Below, one piece after another: positions 1 to 8,023 of a stretch of DNA of 32,000 bases. Origin of the DNA: Promethearchaeota archaeon (GTDB lineage Archaea > Asgardarchaeota > Lokiarchaeia > Sigyniarchaeales > SOKP01); the NCBI GenBank assembly GCA_030606485.1, contig JAUWGH010000002.1, positions 1 to 32,000 of the forward strand, given 5' to 3'. The number at the start of each line of letters is the position of its first letter. Position 1 is the stretch's first letter. Both the position numbers and the translations under genes were made by a program. Under the pieces are notes generated by a model that saw only the letters and a list, made by a program, of their open reading frames with translations, had not been told where the DNA came from and did not search any database.

Positions 1-40
1 AAGCTTATATAATTTTGCTACGGAGAGATTTAAAGGTAAA

Positions 41-253
41 GTGAATCGAAATAACAACAAGAATATAATAGATTTATCAAATCAATTAATTAGAGATGAT
101 ATTAAAGAGTTATATAAATTATATTTCTATCAAGCTAATTATTATAGATTAGTATTATGGACTCGTAATATTACTATTTATAGCATTCTCTATTTGATAC
201 TTATATTGTTAATTATCACACTTATAATAGTCTTTATATCAATACCAACCTAA
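41..253 (+). CDS. Hypothetical small protein with C-terminal hydrophobic segment
   Basis: 70-aa ORF from a GTG start with one ~25-aa hydrophobic stretch; converges on the LRR gene. No family recognised. Confidence 0.35.
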   Translation: MNRNNNKNIIDLSNQLIRDDIKELYKLYFYQANYYRLVLWTRNITIYSILYLILILLIITLIIVFISIPT

Positions 254-265
254 ATTTATTACAAT

Positions 266-1459
266 TTATTGTTTTTTCACAAGAATTTTTTGATGGCAGA
301 ATTCCACAAATTTTTGCGGGTCTTTAGCCATTCCCTCTTTTAAATCCCCTAATTTATTTAATAACTCTTTAGGAATAGGATTATTTCCTATAACTAATTT
401 TTTCAGTTTTTTAAGTGTTTGCAAACCTTTGATTTCGTAAATTTGATTATTATTTAACCATAGTTCTTTTAGATTTGTGAGATTTTCGAGTCCTTTGATC
501 TCTGTTATTTGATTTTTACCAAGACTTAATAATTCTAGATTTTTTAATGTTTCAAGCCTTTTTATTTCGGTAATTTCATTATCATATAAATATAATTCTT
601 TTAAATTTATGAGTGATTCCAATCCTTTAATTTCAGTAATTTTATTACTTGAAAGAACCAAATTTTTTAGATTAGTTAGTTTTTCAAGACTTTTAATATC
701 AATTATTTGATTCTTTGCAAGATTTAATTCTTCTAATCTTCTTAATGTCTCCAGTCCTTTAATCTCTTCAATATTATGTCCTTCAATTAGAAGATGTTTT
801 AGATCAGTTTGTCTTTTTAAGCCCTTTATTTCGGCTATATCTTTTAACTTTCTTGTTTCTTCTCCTTTAACCCATAATTCGTAATAATCCAAGTCTATAG
901 GATATAATTTTCCCTTTATTATAACAAAATCAAAATATTGCTGTGGTGTGAGAGAACTGAGTTCTTCCTCACTTAAATAACTCATATATCCTTCCTCAAG
1001 TAAATATTCTTGAACTTGTTTGTGCCCATTTTCAAATCTTTTAGCAATCTCTTCCCTAAAAACCTTATTAGCAAGTGGATCCCCAGCTTCCGTTAATTTC
1101 TTTAGTAAAGGAAATGCTAAATCACTTTTAAGAAGCCTAGTATTATAATTACTTTCTGCCCATACCTGTAAATTTGAACAATGAGCCCAGAATTCAGTTT
1201 CTGGAGGGATTTTATATGGATATATTCCATCACCCTCCATTGAACGGTTTAATCTCTCTGCAGCCTCATCAATGGAGTCAATATCATCAAACGATTTAAT
1301 CTTATCAACTGGAATATTCAATAACAAAAACTTACACTGTTTAAACGGAATTTCCTCGATATAAATAACCGTTTCCATGCCATCGATTCCATCCTCTAGC
1401 TGGAGAGTAATATATTCATTTACCTTAAATTTAGAGAAGATTACCTTCGCCTTTTTCAT
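266..1459 (-). CDS. Leucine-rich repeat protein with Lokiarchaeia-type N-terminal domain
   Basis: C-terminal half has about 7 SDS22-like 22-aa repeats (LxxLxxLxLxxNxIxEIKGLE). The N-terminus (FKVNEYITLQLE...EFWAHCSNLQVW...LAFPLLKKL) resembles the expanded Loki LRR family, recognised from memory. Confidence 0.85.
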   Translation of the reverse strand: MKKAKVIFSKFKVNEYITLQLEDGIDGMETVIYIEEIPFKQCKFLLLNIPVDKIKSFDDIDSIDEAAERLNRSMEGDGIYPYKIPPETEFWAHCSNLQVWAESNYNTRLLKSDLAFPLLKKLTEAGDPLANKVFREEIAKRFENGHKQVQEYLLEEGYMSYLSEEELSSLTPQQYFDFVIIKGKLYPIDLDYYELWVKGEETRKLKDIAEIKGLKRQTDLKHLLIEGHNIEEIKGLETLRRLEELNLAKNQIIDIKSLEKLTNLKNLVLSSNKITEIKGLESLINLKELYLYDNEITEIKRLETLKNLELLSLGKNQITEIKGLENLTNLKELWLNNNQIYEIKGLQTLKKLKKLVIGNNPIPKELLNKLGDLKEGMAKDPQKFVEFCHQKILVKKQ

Positions 1460-1702
1460 AATAATAATCTATGATTTATAGTGACCTTTATTTAAGAATT
1501 CCATTACTATTACAGAAAAATCAATCCACTCTTATAAACTTTAGCATAAAAGAGAAGAAGAGACGAACCACAATGGAGCGATTTCGGACCGCGATTTTTT
1601 TTCCAAAAAAAAACTAATTTTTAGAAAGATATTCGATAACCCTAACTAATTTTATCAAAAAAAAAAGAAGAAAAAGTGTTTGTTGTGTCTGATTTCTATA
1701 AT

Positions 1703-2632
1703 CTAGCTATAGAGAATCAATTTTATCTGTTTGGCTCTACTCCTTAATGTGACTTCAGTAACTTTCGCGGTTAGGGCAATATCGGTCTGAGTCTTACGAG
1801 CAGGACCGTTCTTTGCTGCGATGTACAAAACTGCCGCAGCTAAACCTTTTGGGTCTTTCCCAACTCGTTTTAAACCTTTCTCGGAAGCTTTCCTGAGCAT
1901 CTGAACAGCCTGCTTTTGCGTCGCCATGTCAAGATTCAACTCATTTCCAAAACGAAAAATTAAACTCTCCGCTGTAATCGGCTGATACTTCAATTTTAAT
2001 TCCGGCAAAACCTCCCTTACTATCATTCCTAAACTCCTATGAACCGTTCTCCTCGGAACAAGATTATTCTGACAAATTTCGTCTAAAAGTCTCGGGAAAT
2101 CATGAACGCGAATCGCCGCATAAAGCGAAGCCGCTATGAACCCGTTAATTGAACGACCCATAGTTAATTTCTTTCTAGCCACCACGGAATATATCTTCCA
2201 CGCTGTTTCAACGATATATTCCGGAATATTCATCTTAGATGCGAGCATTTTGAGTTTAGGCTTAGCCTCCCAAAAATTCCGCTCTATAGATGAAATTAAT
2301 GAGTTTTGAATCTTTGATAATCGCGAAAATAAGGCTTGCTCTTTTGACCCAATCACACGACCCTTGGAGTCCGTTTTAGTGTTCGGAAGCATTGTTCTTG
2401 GACCAAAATCTCGCCATCTGGGTTCCGTCCGCCTACGCTTTTGAACTTCTTCAATGGTATAAGCTCTTCTTTCACTTCCTACGAGGTTTCTACCGAAGGT
2501 TAATCCGCAGTTTAGGCATACTTTATCTCCATCTCTAACTTCGATATTGGGGTTATCGCAACAAGCTTGTATTTCAGTATTATCTTCAATCGTTTCTTTA
2601 GTTTTTAATCTCTCTCGATAATTTTCACTCAT
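1703..2632 (-). CDS. tfb: Transcription initiation factor IIB (TFB) paralog
   Basis: N-terminal Zn ribbon (CC...CLNC) and two cyclin-fold repeats (GRSINGFIAASLYAA; GKDPKGLAAAVLYIA; TQTDIA..AKVTEVTLRSR). Confidence 0.95.
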   Translation of the reverse strand: MSENYRERLKTKETIEDNTEIQACCDNPNIEVRDGDKVCLNCGLTFGRNLVGSERRAYTIEEVQKRRRTEPRWRDFGPRTMLPNTKTDSKGRVIGSKEQALFSRLSKIQNSLISSIERNFWEAKPKLKMLASKMNIPEYIVETAWKIYSVVARKKLTMGRSINGFIAASLYAAIRVHDFPRLLDEICQNNLVPRRTVHRSLGMIVREVLPELKLKYQPITAESLIFRFGNELNLDMATQKQAVQMLRKASEKGLKRVGKDPKGLAAAVLYIAAKNGPARKTQTDIALTAKVTEVTLRSRAKQIKLILYS

Positions 2633-2770
2633 GGATGGGGGTACCTTTTATTTATTTCAATTATTTTAGGGAAAATATCTTTTGAAAATAGAAAATTTTT
2701 TCACTTATTCTGTAAAAAAAACATCAATATTCGTAATTATATGTATGCTTTTTTAACGATTTTGTAGCAA

Positions 2771-2815
2771 TGGGACAAAAAAGGCTTTTTTTCCCACTTC
2801 CCACAAGCTTCCCAG
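2771..2815. promoter_or_regulatory. TGGGA-N16-TCCCA inverted repeat with additional TCCCA half-sites upstream of tfb
   Basis: TGGGA 2771-2775 / TCCCA 2792-2796 enclose an A6/T-run stem; further TCCCA at 2799-2803 and 2810-2814. Function unknown. Confidence 0.25.
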
Positions 2816-3043
2816 CTTCTATTTCCGAAAATTTTACCTGTATTTTGTTTGTTTAAATTCTTTTTTCTATTTATTTGAATATTGTTATATATCTTATAAA
2901 TACTATTTAAATATTTCGTTATGTAAATAATAAAATTACTTATATAAAAAAATTAAAAGATAAAATAAAGTAATAATATATGCCCAAACTTCTTAAATTT
3001 TAGATTTCAAGCATTTTTTTACTTTAATCGAAAATATTTTTAA

Positions 3044-3224
3044 TGGAATCAGAGAAAAGCATCTAATTTATGAAAATGATCACTTTTTGTTGAAAAATGC
3101 ATAATAAACCAACTTTTATTTTAAGAATTTTTAAAGGATTCAATTATAATTATCAATTTTGAAAGCAGAAAAGATGAGATAAATTAGAGTATATAATTTA
3201 ACAAGGAAGTTTATATGAATAATT
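3044..3224 (+). repeat. 181-bp direct repeat, copy 1 (pairs with 10835-11015)
   Basis: Ungapped alignment at offset 7791 with 5 mismatches (~97%). Ends in a BRE/TATA-like AACAAGGAAGTTTATAT. Confidence 0.95.
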
Positions 3225-3405
3225 TTTATTATTCTGGACAAAGAGAAAAATTTTTGAAGTAAAAATATCAATTTTTGAAAAAAAAATTGCTTCTTTAATT
3301 ATTTTTTTTCTATTAACCTTTTTTATATGATAACACCCTAAATTTTAATAGATAATAATGAAATATAGATTGTGAGATTGAAAATAATCCATCTTTCTTT
3401 TTATT

Positions 3406-4284
3406 ATGAACACTAAAAATTTCTTAAAATTATTTGTAATATTTGGGATTCCTTATGGATTTATCTTTGGTATAATTTTTGGGCTAGGTCGTTATTTTTT
3501 ATCTAATTGGGATTTTCCTTCTTCCTTAGCTTATGGTTTATTCTTTTTTGTCTTTTCTATTTTAACCGGTGGATTATATTTTGCTTATATTTTTACCAAA
3601 GAAACCACATTATCCTTCTATTTTGATGATAATGCAGAATTTTTATCTAACATTACTAAAACTTTAGAAAAATTATATTGGTTTCCTATCTCTTCAATTG
3701 AAACACTCTTAATATCTGATGAATCATGCTTAATTTTCAAACCAAAATCAAAATTTTCAGCTAAAATTATGCCTGAAATTTCTTTAAAATTAGAGTTGAA
3801 TTCAGCAACGATGAAAGGTTCTATGTATTTAGTAAGAAGGGTCGCAAGAAAAAATAAGATTTACATGAAGAATGAGCAAAAAAAACAAAATCAAAAAATT
3901 GGTGTAATATATTTAGTTTGTGCGATCACTTTCTTATTAATGAGCTTTTTACCATTTGCGAACATATATAGTGATTCTAATTCAGAATTACAACATTTTG
4001 GTTTTACTATATTGATTATGGGAGGCTGGTCAGGATTAATTTTAATTTTTCTATCAATTTACTCAATTTTTACTTTCAATATAATAAATTCCATATTTTT
4101 TGGAATTGGTGGCTGTGGTTTAATAGGTATGAACTTAATAACAATATTATTCTTGTATTATCGACGTATTGTAATCTACTCGCAAACTGTGGTCTTATTA
4201 TTTCCTTTTTATATAGATTTTATTATATGGCTTATTTTCTGTGCAGTTAATATCTATATCTATAAACAAAGAGAAAAGTTATGA
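3406..4284 (+). CDS. Hypothetical multi-pass membrane protein
   Basis: 292-aa ORF: two N-terminal TM helices, a soluble middle region, then about four C-terminal TM helices. Confidence 0.75.
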   Translation: MNTKNFLKLFVIFGIPYGFIFGIIFGLGRYFLSNWDFPSSLAYGLFFFVFSILTGGLYFAYIFTKETTLSFYFDDNAEFLSNITKTLEKLYWFPISSIETLLISDESCLIFKPKSKFSAKIMPEISLKLELNSATMKGSMYLVRRVARKNKIYMKNEQKKQNQKIGVIYLVCAITFLLMSFLPFANIYSDSNSELQHFGFTILIMGGWSGLILIFLSIYSIFTFNIINSIFFGIGGCGLIGMNLITILFLYYRRIVIYSQTVVLLFPFYIDFIIWLIFCAVNIYIYKQREKL

Positions 4285-4691
4285 TAACACACATCTTTAT
4301 CTTTAAATAAAGAAAAATTTCTTTTTTAGCAGAAATTTTTTATATAAAAAGGATGGAAAAATAACCCAATAAAAATATTAAAATCATTTTCAAAAATCGA
4401 ATTTTTAAATCTATAAGAGAAAAAAGCAGTCCTGACAAATAAAAATTACGAAAATAGATGATATTTGAAGTCTCTAAAAAACTGCAATCTTTAATTTCCA
4501 TAAAGAATCCTAAAAAAATGGTTATAGATTTTTATATTAAAGGGTTGTCGAGAATTTTAACAATTTAATATTTTTATTACGCTTATACTATATGATAGAG
4601 TGAAATATGAAATTTCCCATCAAGACCATATCAGATTTTAATTTTAAGCGATTCTTTTTAAAAAAAGTATTCCGTTTGGGAATTTGAAACT

Positions 4692-5255
4692 ATGAGTGAT
4701 CAATATAGTGATGACTTAAGATATTATAGAATGAGACACTATTGTGGAAAATCCTGTATTAATGAATTAGATCAACAAGCAAATATAGGATTTAAAATGT
4801 TGATAAACGATTTAGAAAAACAACGAGGTGGTTGTTTATTTTCTACAGATCCTCCTTTAGAATACACTATTATAGTATTATGGACTTTCGTATTTAGTTA
4901 TATCTCATCTAAGAAGGGAGACGATTTTTTAATTAGTGTTGATGAAATACATAATTTAATCGAAGATAATTTTATGAATTGGGGAGGAAAAAAAAAATTA
5001 TTAAGACGGTCTTGGATAGTTAATGCTCTAAATAAAATGGTTGAATTTAATCTTATTTCCAAAGGAGAACAAACCGATACTTTTAAAGTTAAATTTGAAA
5101 GAAAAGGATCTAAAGATATATTGAGAAAAATCGAAATAAAAATTGTTAAAAAATTACAAAAAAAACAAAAACCAAAAATTAAGATAAAATCTATCAAACA
5201 GACTAGACAGACCGATCTTCTTAAATATAAAAAAGAATCAAAAAACGCTAAATAA
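4692..5255 (+). CDS. Hypothetical protein, possible C-terminal winged helix and basic tail
   Basis: 187 aa. ISVDEIHNLI...WIVNALNKMVEFNLISKGEQTDTFKV has a wHTH-like pattern; Lys-rich tail. Confidence 0.6.
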   Translation: MSDQYSDDLRYYRMRHYCGKSCINELDQQANIGFKMLINDLEKQRGGCLFSTDPPLEYTIIVLWTFVFSYISSKKGDDFLISVDEIHNLIEDNFMNWGGKKKLLRRSWIVNALNKMVEFNLISKGEQTDTFKVKFERKGSKDILRKIEIKIVKKLQKKQKPKIKIKSIKQTRQTDLLKYKKESKNAK

Positions 5256-5273
5256 ATTTTTTTATTATTAAAA

Positions 5274-5393
5274 TTAACTTTTTTTTTCTTTCGATTCTAT
5301 GATAATAGAGGCGAGAATATACCCTATTCCAAGAATATGAACCATAATTCCAACGATTCTAACTAAATATTTTACTTCTTTTTTGATTTCCAT
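5274..5393 (-). CDS. 39-aa single-TM peptide (not in ORF track)
   Basis: MEIKKEVKYLVRIVGIMVHILGIGYILASIIIESKEKKS*; the ATG lies 2 nt after the stop of 5396..5698. Confidence 0.4.
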   Translation of the reverse strand: MEIKKEVKYLVRIVGIMVHILGIGYILASIIIESKEKKS

Positions 5394-5395
5394 AA

Positions 5396-5698
5396 TTAAT
5401 AACACACATCCCTATTATAATGAGAAGTTCTGTTGAAATTTCTTGTTTGGTTTAACTCTTTTCTATGTTTAAGCCAATCTTTTAATCTTTTTCCATTTTC
5501 TTTGATAGAATAAACGAAAAAACTGTTAGTTTTCTTTCGAGAGATAAGCCCAAATGAGTAATACCTCTTTAAACAACGCATTAATGAAAACATTGAGTTT
5601 TTTGGGTTCATTCTATTATGAATCTCTCTCGCTTTTAACGGTTTTGTTGATTTATTTAGAATATCTAATACCATTATTTTTGTTTCATTATACTTCAA
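5396..5698 (-). CDS. Winged helix-turn-helix DNA-binding protein (paralog 1)
   Basis: VLDILNKSTKPLKAREI...LKRYYSFGLISR...YSIKENG wHTH pattern; GGTGA SD-like motif upstream of the TTG start. Confidence 0.65.
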   Translation of the reverse strand: MKYNETKIMVLDILNKSTKPLKAREIHNRMNPKNSMFSLMRCLKRYYSFGLISRKKTNSFFVYSIKENGKRLKDWLKHRKELNQTRNFNRTSHYNRDVCY

Positions 5699-5838
5699 TT
5701 AGATTCACCTAACAATAGTCTATATATTTCAAACTCATTCAAACCCAAAATTTTAGCATAGCCTTTTAAAGTGTGATTTATAAAATCGAAAAATGAACTA
5801 TTATATCGTTTCGCAATTCGCTTAACACTAAATACCAT
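5695..5838 (-). CDS. 47-aa hypothetical protein (not in ORF track)
   Basis: MVFSVKRIAKRYNSSFFDFINHTLKGYAKILGLNEFEIYRLLLGESN*. It overlaps the upstream ORF's end, and its TGA overlaps the downstream TTG (TTGA), consistent with translational coupling. Confidence 0.45.
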   Translation of the reverse strand: MVFSVKRIAKRYNSSFFDFINHTLKGYAKILGLNEFEIYRLLLGESN

Positions 5839-6025
5839 TTTCTTTCTTTCTCAAATTATTTTGAATATATTCATCAATTTGATTTTGAAATTTTTTATAA
5901 TATTCTTGTTCAATTTCACAAGCACCGATAACACCATTTCTCACACATCTTGAATTTACGGGATTTATAGGTGTATAAAATTTACATTCCTTATATTTTT
6001 TGTTGCACACGTTCCTCTTCTTCAT
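5828..6025 (-). CDS. Small Cys-rich hypothetical protein
   Basis: 65 aa with four Cys (C-x6-C-x12-C-x8-C); GAGGA immediately before the ATG. Confidence 0.5.
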   Translation of the reverse strand: MKKRNVCNKKYKECKFYTPINPVNSRCVRNGVIGACEIEQEYYKKFQNQIDEYIQNNLRKKENGI

Positions 6026-6082
6026 TCCTCAATCAAATTCCTTTAATCTTTTTTTTAAATCTTCCTTTTTTTAATTTAAAAG

Positions 6083-6095
6083 GTGGGACTCCCAC
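6083..6095. promoter_or_regulatory. GC-rich dyad GTGGGA-C-TCCCAC in an intergenic gap
   Basis: Perfect 6-bp inverted repeat with a 1-nt spacer in non-coding DNA between small ORFs; operator- or origin-like. Confidence 0.3.
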
Positions 6096-6191
6096 TACAT
6101 AGAAGGGGTATAGAGGAAGAGGGCGAAATGGTGCAGATTTAATTCCACACCAACCAAAAGACAAAAATCAATAGTAGCAGGAATCCTTTTT

Positions 6192-6407
6192 TTATTTGTT
6201 TTGAATTTCCTCTAATTTGTCTATTTTATATTTCATTTCCATTAAGAAACTATTAATTTCGCTTAATTCCTTATTAGAAAGATATTTTATTGCATTTTCA
6301 AATTCTGGATATATTTTTCCAGATAATTTCCTCATAGTTGGAATTATGTTGTAAGTTCTAAAACTTAGATTAATTTGTTTATTATCTTTTAAATTATTTG
6401 CATTCAT
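6192..6407 (-). CDS. Hypothetical protein
   Basis: 71-aa ORF co-oriented with the cluster; C-terminus looks helical/coiled-coil. Confidence 0.5.
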   Translation of the reverse strand: MNANNLKDNKQINLSFRTYNIIPTMRKLSGKIYPEFENAIKYLSNKELSEINSFLMEMKYKIDKLEEIQNK

Positions 6408-6577
6408 TTAAAAATCGAGGTTTTTAAGTTTTACTCATATTTTGCCTCAATATAAATATTGTCGGATTGCAAATTTAACTTTTTGGGTTTTAATAAATTG
6501 AAGTCATAAATGATAGGAAAGGATTATTCGTATATAAAAAGAGCACAATTTAAAGATTTGACTCTATATCTTTAATG

Positions 6578-6697
6578 TTAAGCACATACATCCCTATTGT
6601 AGTGAGATATGCAATTAAAATCTTTTGCTTGTTTTTCCTTTTTTCTCTGTTCAAGCCAGATTTTCAATCTTTTCCTATTTTCTTTTTTCTCTTTCAT
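6578..6697 (-). pseudogene. 39-aa mini-ORF duplicating the C-terminal 35 aa of wHTH 5396..5698
   Basis: KENRKRLKIWLEQRKKEKQAKDFNCISHYNRDVCA* vs KENGKRLKDWLKHRKELNQTRNFNRTSHYNRDVCY*: 22/35 aa identical, ~76% nt, ungapped, stops aligned. Confidence 0.55.
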
Positions 6698-6729
6698 AAT
6701 CTAATTAAATTTAATTTGAGTAAATTCTC

Positions 6730-7038
6730 TTAATCTTTATAACTATCGGGATATACTTCTTGATATATCTTATAATCCCCATTTTTAAGAAAGTTCTCAT
6801 ATTGCGAGATACCTTTCTTAGAAAGAGTATATTCATATTTATAATGATTTTCGGGATTTTGGGCTCTTTTTAAATATCCATTATTAAAATAATGCTTAAG
6901 AAGTGTAGCAATTAGATAAAGATTTACTGTATCATCGGTTTCCTCTAAGATTTCTACTATTTCACTTAAGGATAATGGAGTTTCTGCTTCATATAAAACT
7001 TCAAAAATATCATTCATTCTTTCCCATCTATCTTTCAT
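6730..7038 (-). CDS. Winged helix-turn-helix DNA-binding protein (paralog 2)
   Basis: IFEVLYEAETPLSLSEI...LLKHYFNNGYLKR...YEYTLSKKG; same motif spacing as paralog 1. Confidence 0.7.
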   Translation of the reverse strand: MKDRWERMNDIFEVLYEAETPLSLSEIVEILEETDDTVNLYLIATLLKHYFNNGYLKRAQNPENHYKYEYTLSKKGISQYENFLKNGDYKIYQEVYPDSYKD

Positions 7039-7044
7039 TTTTAA

Positions 7045-7320
7045 TCAACTTTTTTTAAAGCCTGAAAATATTTTCCCTCTTTCTTTTGGGCTTAATTTCT
7101 TAAATTGTTCTAAAAATCTAACATATTGTATCAATGGATCTGGTTCTCCCTTCATTATTTTTAACATTCGATAAAACATTGGTTGTGTAATAGCCAAAAA
7201 ATTTTCAATAGATTGTTCTTTTTTGCATTTTATACATATTGGTTTTGAGTTAACTTTTGGATTCTTTAATACCTCAAAAAAAAAAAAAATCCTATAGAAG
7301 AGTATATTATTCCAATCCAA
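7045..7320 (-). CDS. Hypothetical protein with CxxC; true start uncertain
   Basis: Contains CIKC. The 5' end runs through a 14-nt homopolymer shared with the overlapping ORF 7266..7463. Confidence 0.45.
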   Translation of the reverse strand: MDWNNILFYRIFFFFEVLKNPKVNSKPICIKCKKEQSIENFLAITQPMFYRMLKIMKGEPDPLIQYVRFLEQFKKLSPKERGKIFSGFKKS

Positions 7321-7463
7321 ATAAAAGAACCAAATGATAAAATATTGATTAAATTTATATTTTCCCTTCCCATCATCAAAAAATGAATTGGCTCATATGT
7401 TAAAATTAAAATAATCCCCAGACAAGAAAATAAAATAAAATGAAAAAAAATAAAATGGAACAA
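7266..7463 (-). CDS. Small two-TM hypothetical protein (possibly frameshifted)
   Basis: Two hydrophobic segments in T-rich sequence; boundaries doubtful. Confidence 0.35.
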   Translation of the reverse strand: MFHFIFFHFILFSCLGIILILTYEPIHFLMMGRENINLINILSFGSFIWIGIIYSSIGFFFFLRY

Positions 7464-7666
7464 AAAAATCTTCTTATATTAGTTATAAATTCTTTCACCT
7501 TAATTTAAATATAGATTACTTGCATCCATATCATTAGTATCTTCTGATTCTATTAATAAAAAATGTAAAAATTTTAATTGAGGGAGAAAGATTACGCAAA
7601 AGTGGTCCCGTAATGGGGATAGATGTTTAAATGGAAAATATAATTTATAAATGTCAATTTTATCTC

Positions 7667-8002
7667 CAGAAAATAGTTTTACAATTAATTTAAAAGGGAA
7701 AATTATAGTGCTTTATTCCTAATTCTTCTTGCATTATTTTTATATCTTGTTGGAGATCCTCATTAATCGGAATTCCCGTTTTACGTCTTTCCATTTCTGC
7801 TTCAAATTCTTTTTCTCCAGCTTTATATATCCTATCATGACCTGGGGCTTTTTTGGAATTTCTTAAACCTCTCAGAATGTTTCCAGTAATCTTTCTAAAA
7901 GTATCTAATGGAATAAAATTTTTAATATTAATTGCTAAAAAGAAATGTCCAACTTTTAGATATTTTTTACCATTCTCCTCAATTCCAGCTGTATCTTTTA
8001 AA
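7667..8002 (-). pseudogene. Displaced 3' end (~104 codons plus 23 nt after the stop) of the Ldh_2-family gene
   Basis: Ungapped match to 9263-9598 at offset 1596, 14 mismatches in 336 bp (~96%). Frame intact (LKDTAGIEENGKK...HYNFPF*), stop at 7690-7692, no start codon of its own. Confidence 0.9.
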
Positions 8003-8023
8003 ACAATGAACTGAAAGTTTTTT

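Larger units (their letters stand above)
4692..7463. mobile_element. Cryptic plasmid/provirus-like cluster of small ORFs (remnant)
   Basis: About nine short (39-102 aa), mostly closely packed minus-strand ORFs, including two paralogous wHTH proteins, Cys-rich and single-TM peptides, plus one convergent 187-aa ORF. No integrase, Rep or capsid seen. Confidence 0.4.

Noticed and set aside
3044-3224. The 181-bp repeat as an IS or MITE
   Set aside because: No terminal inverted repeats, target-site duplication or transposase could be seen in either copy.
4282-4287. TGA stops of 3406..4284 and 30230..30478 as further Sec codons
   Set aside because: The first is followed immediately by TAA and the second by six unremarkable codons. 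Neither is in a redox motif or has an AUGA/GA hairpin nearby.
7591-7618. ATTACG/CGTAAT inverted repeat as a rolling-circle origin
   Set aside because: Only a 6-bp stem, no recognisable nick-site motif and no Rep gene.
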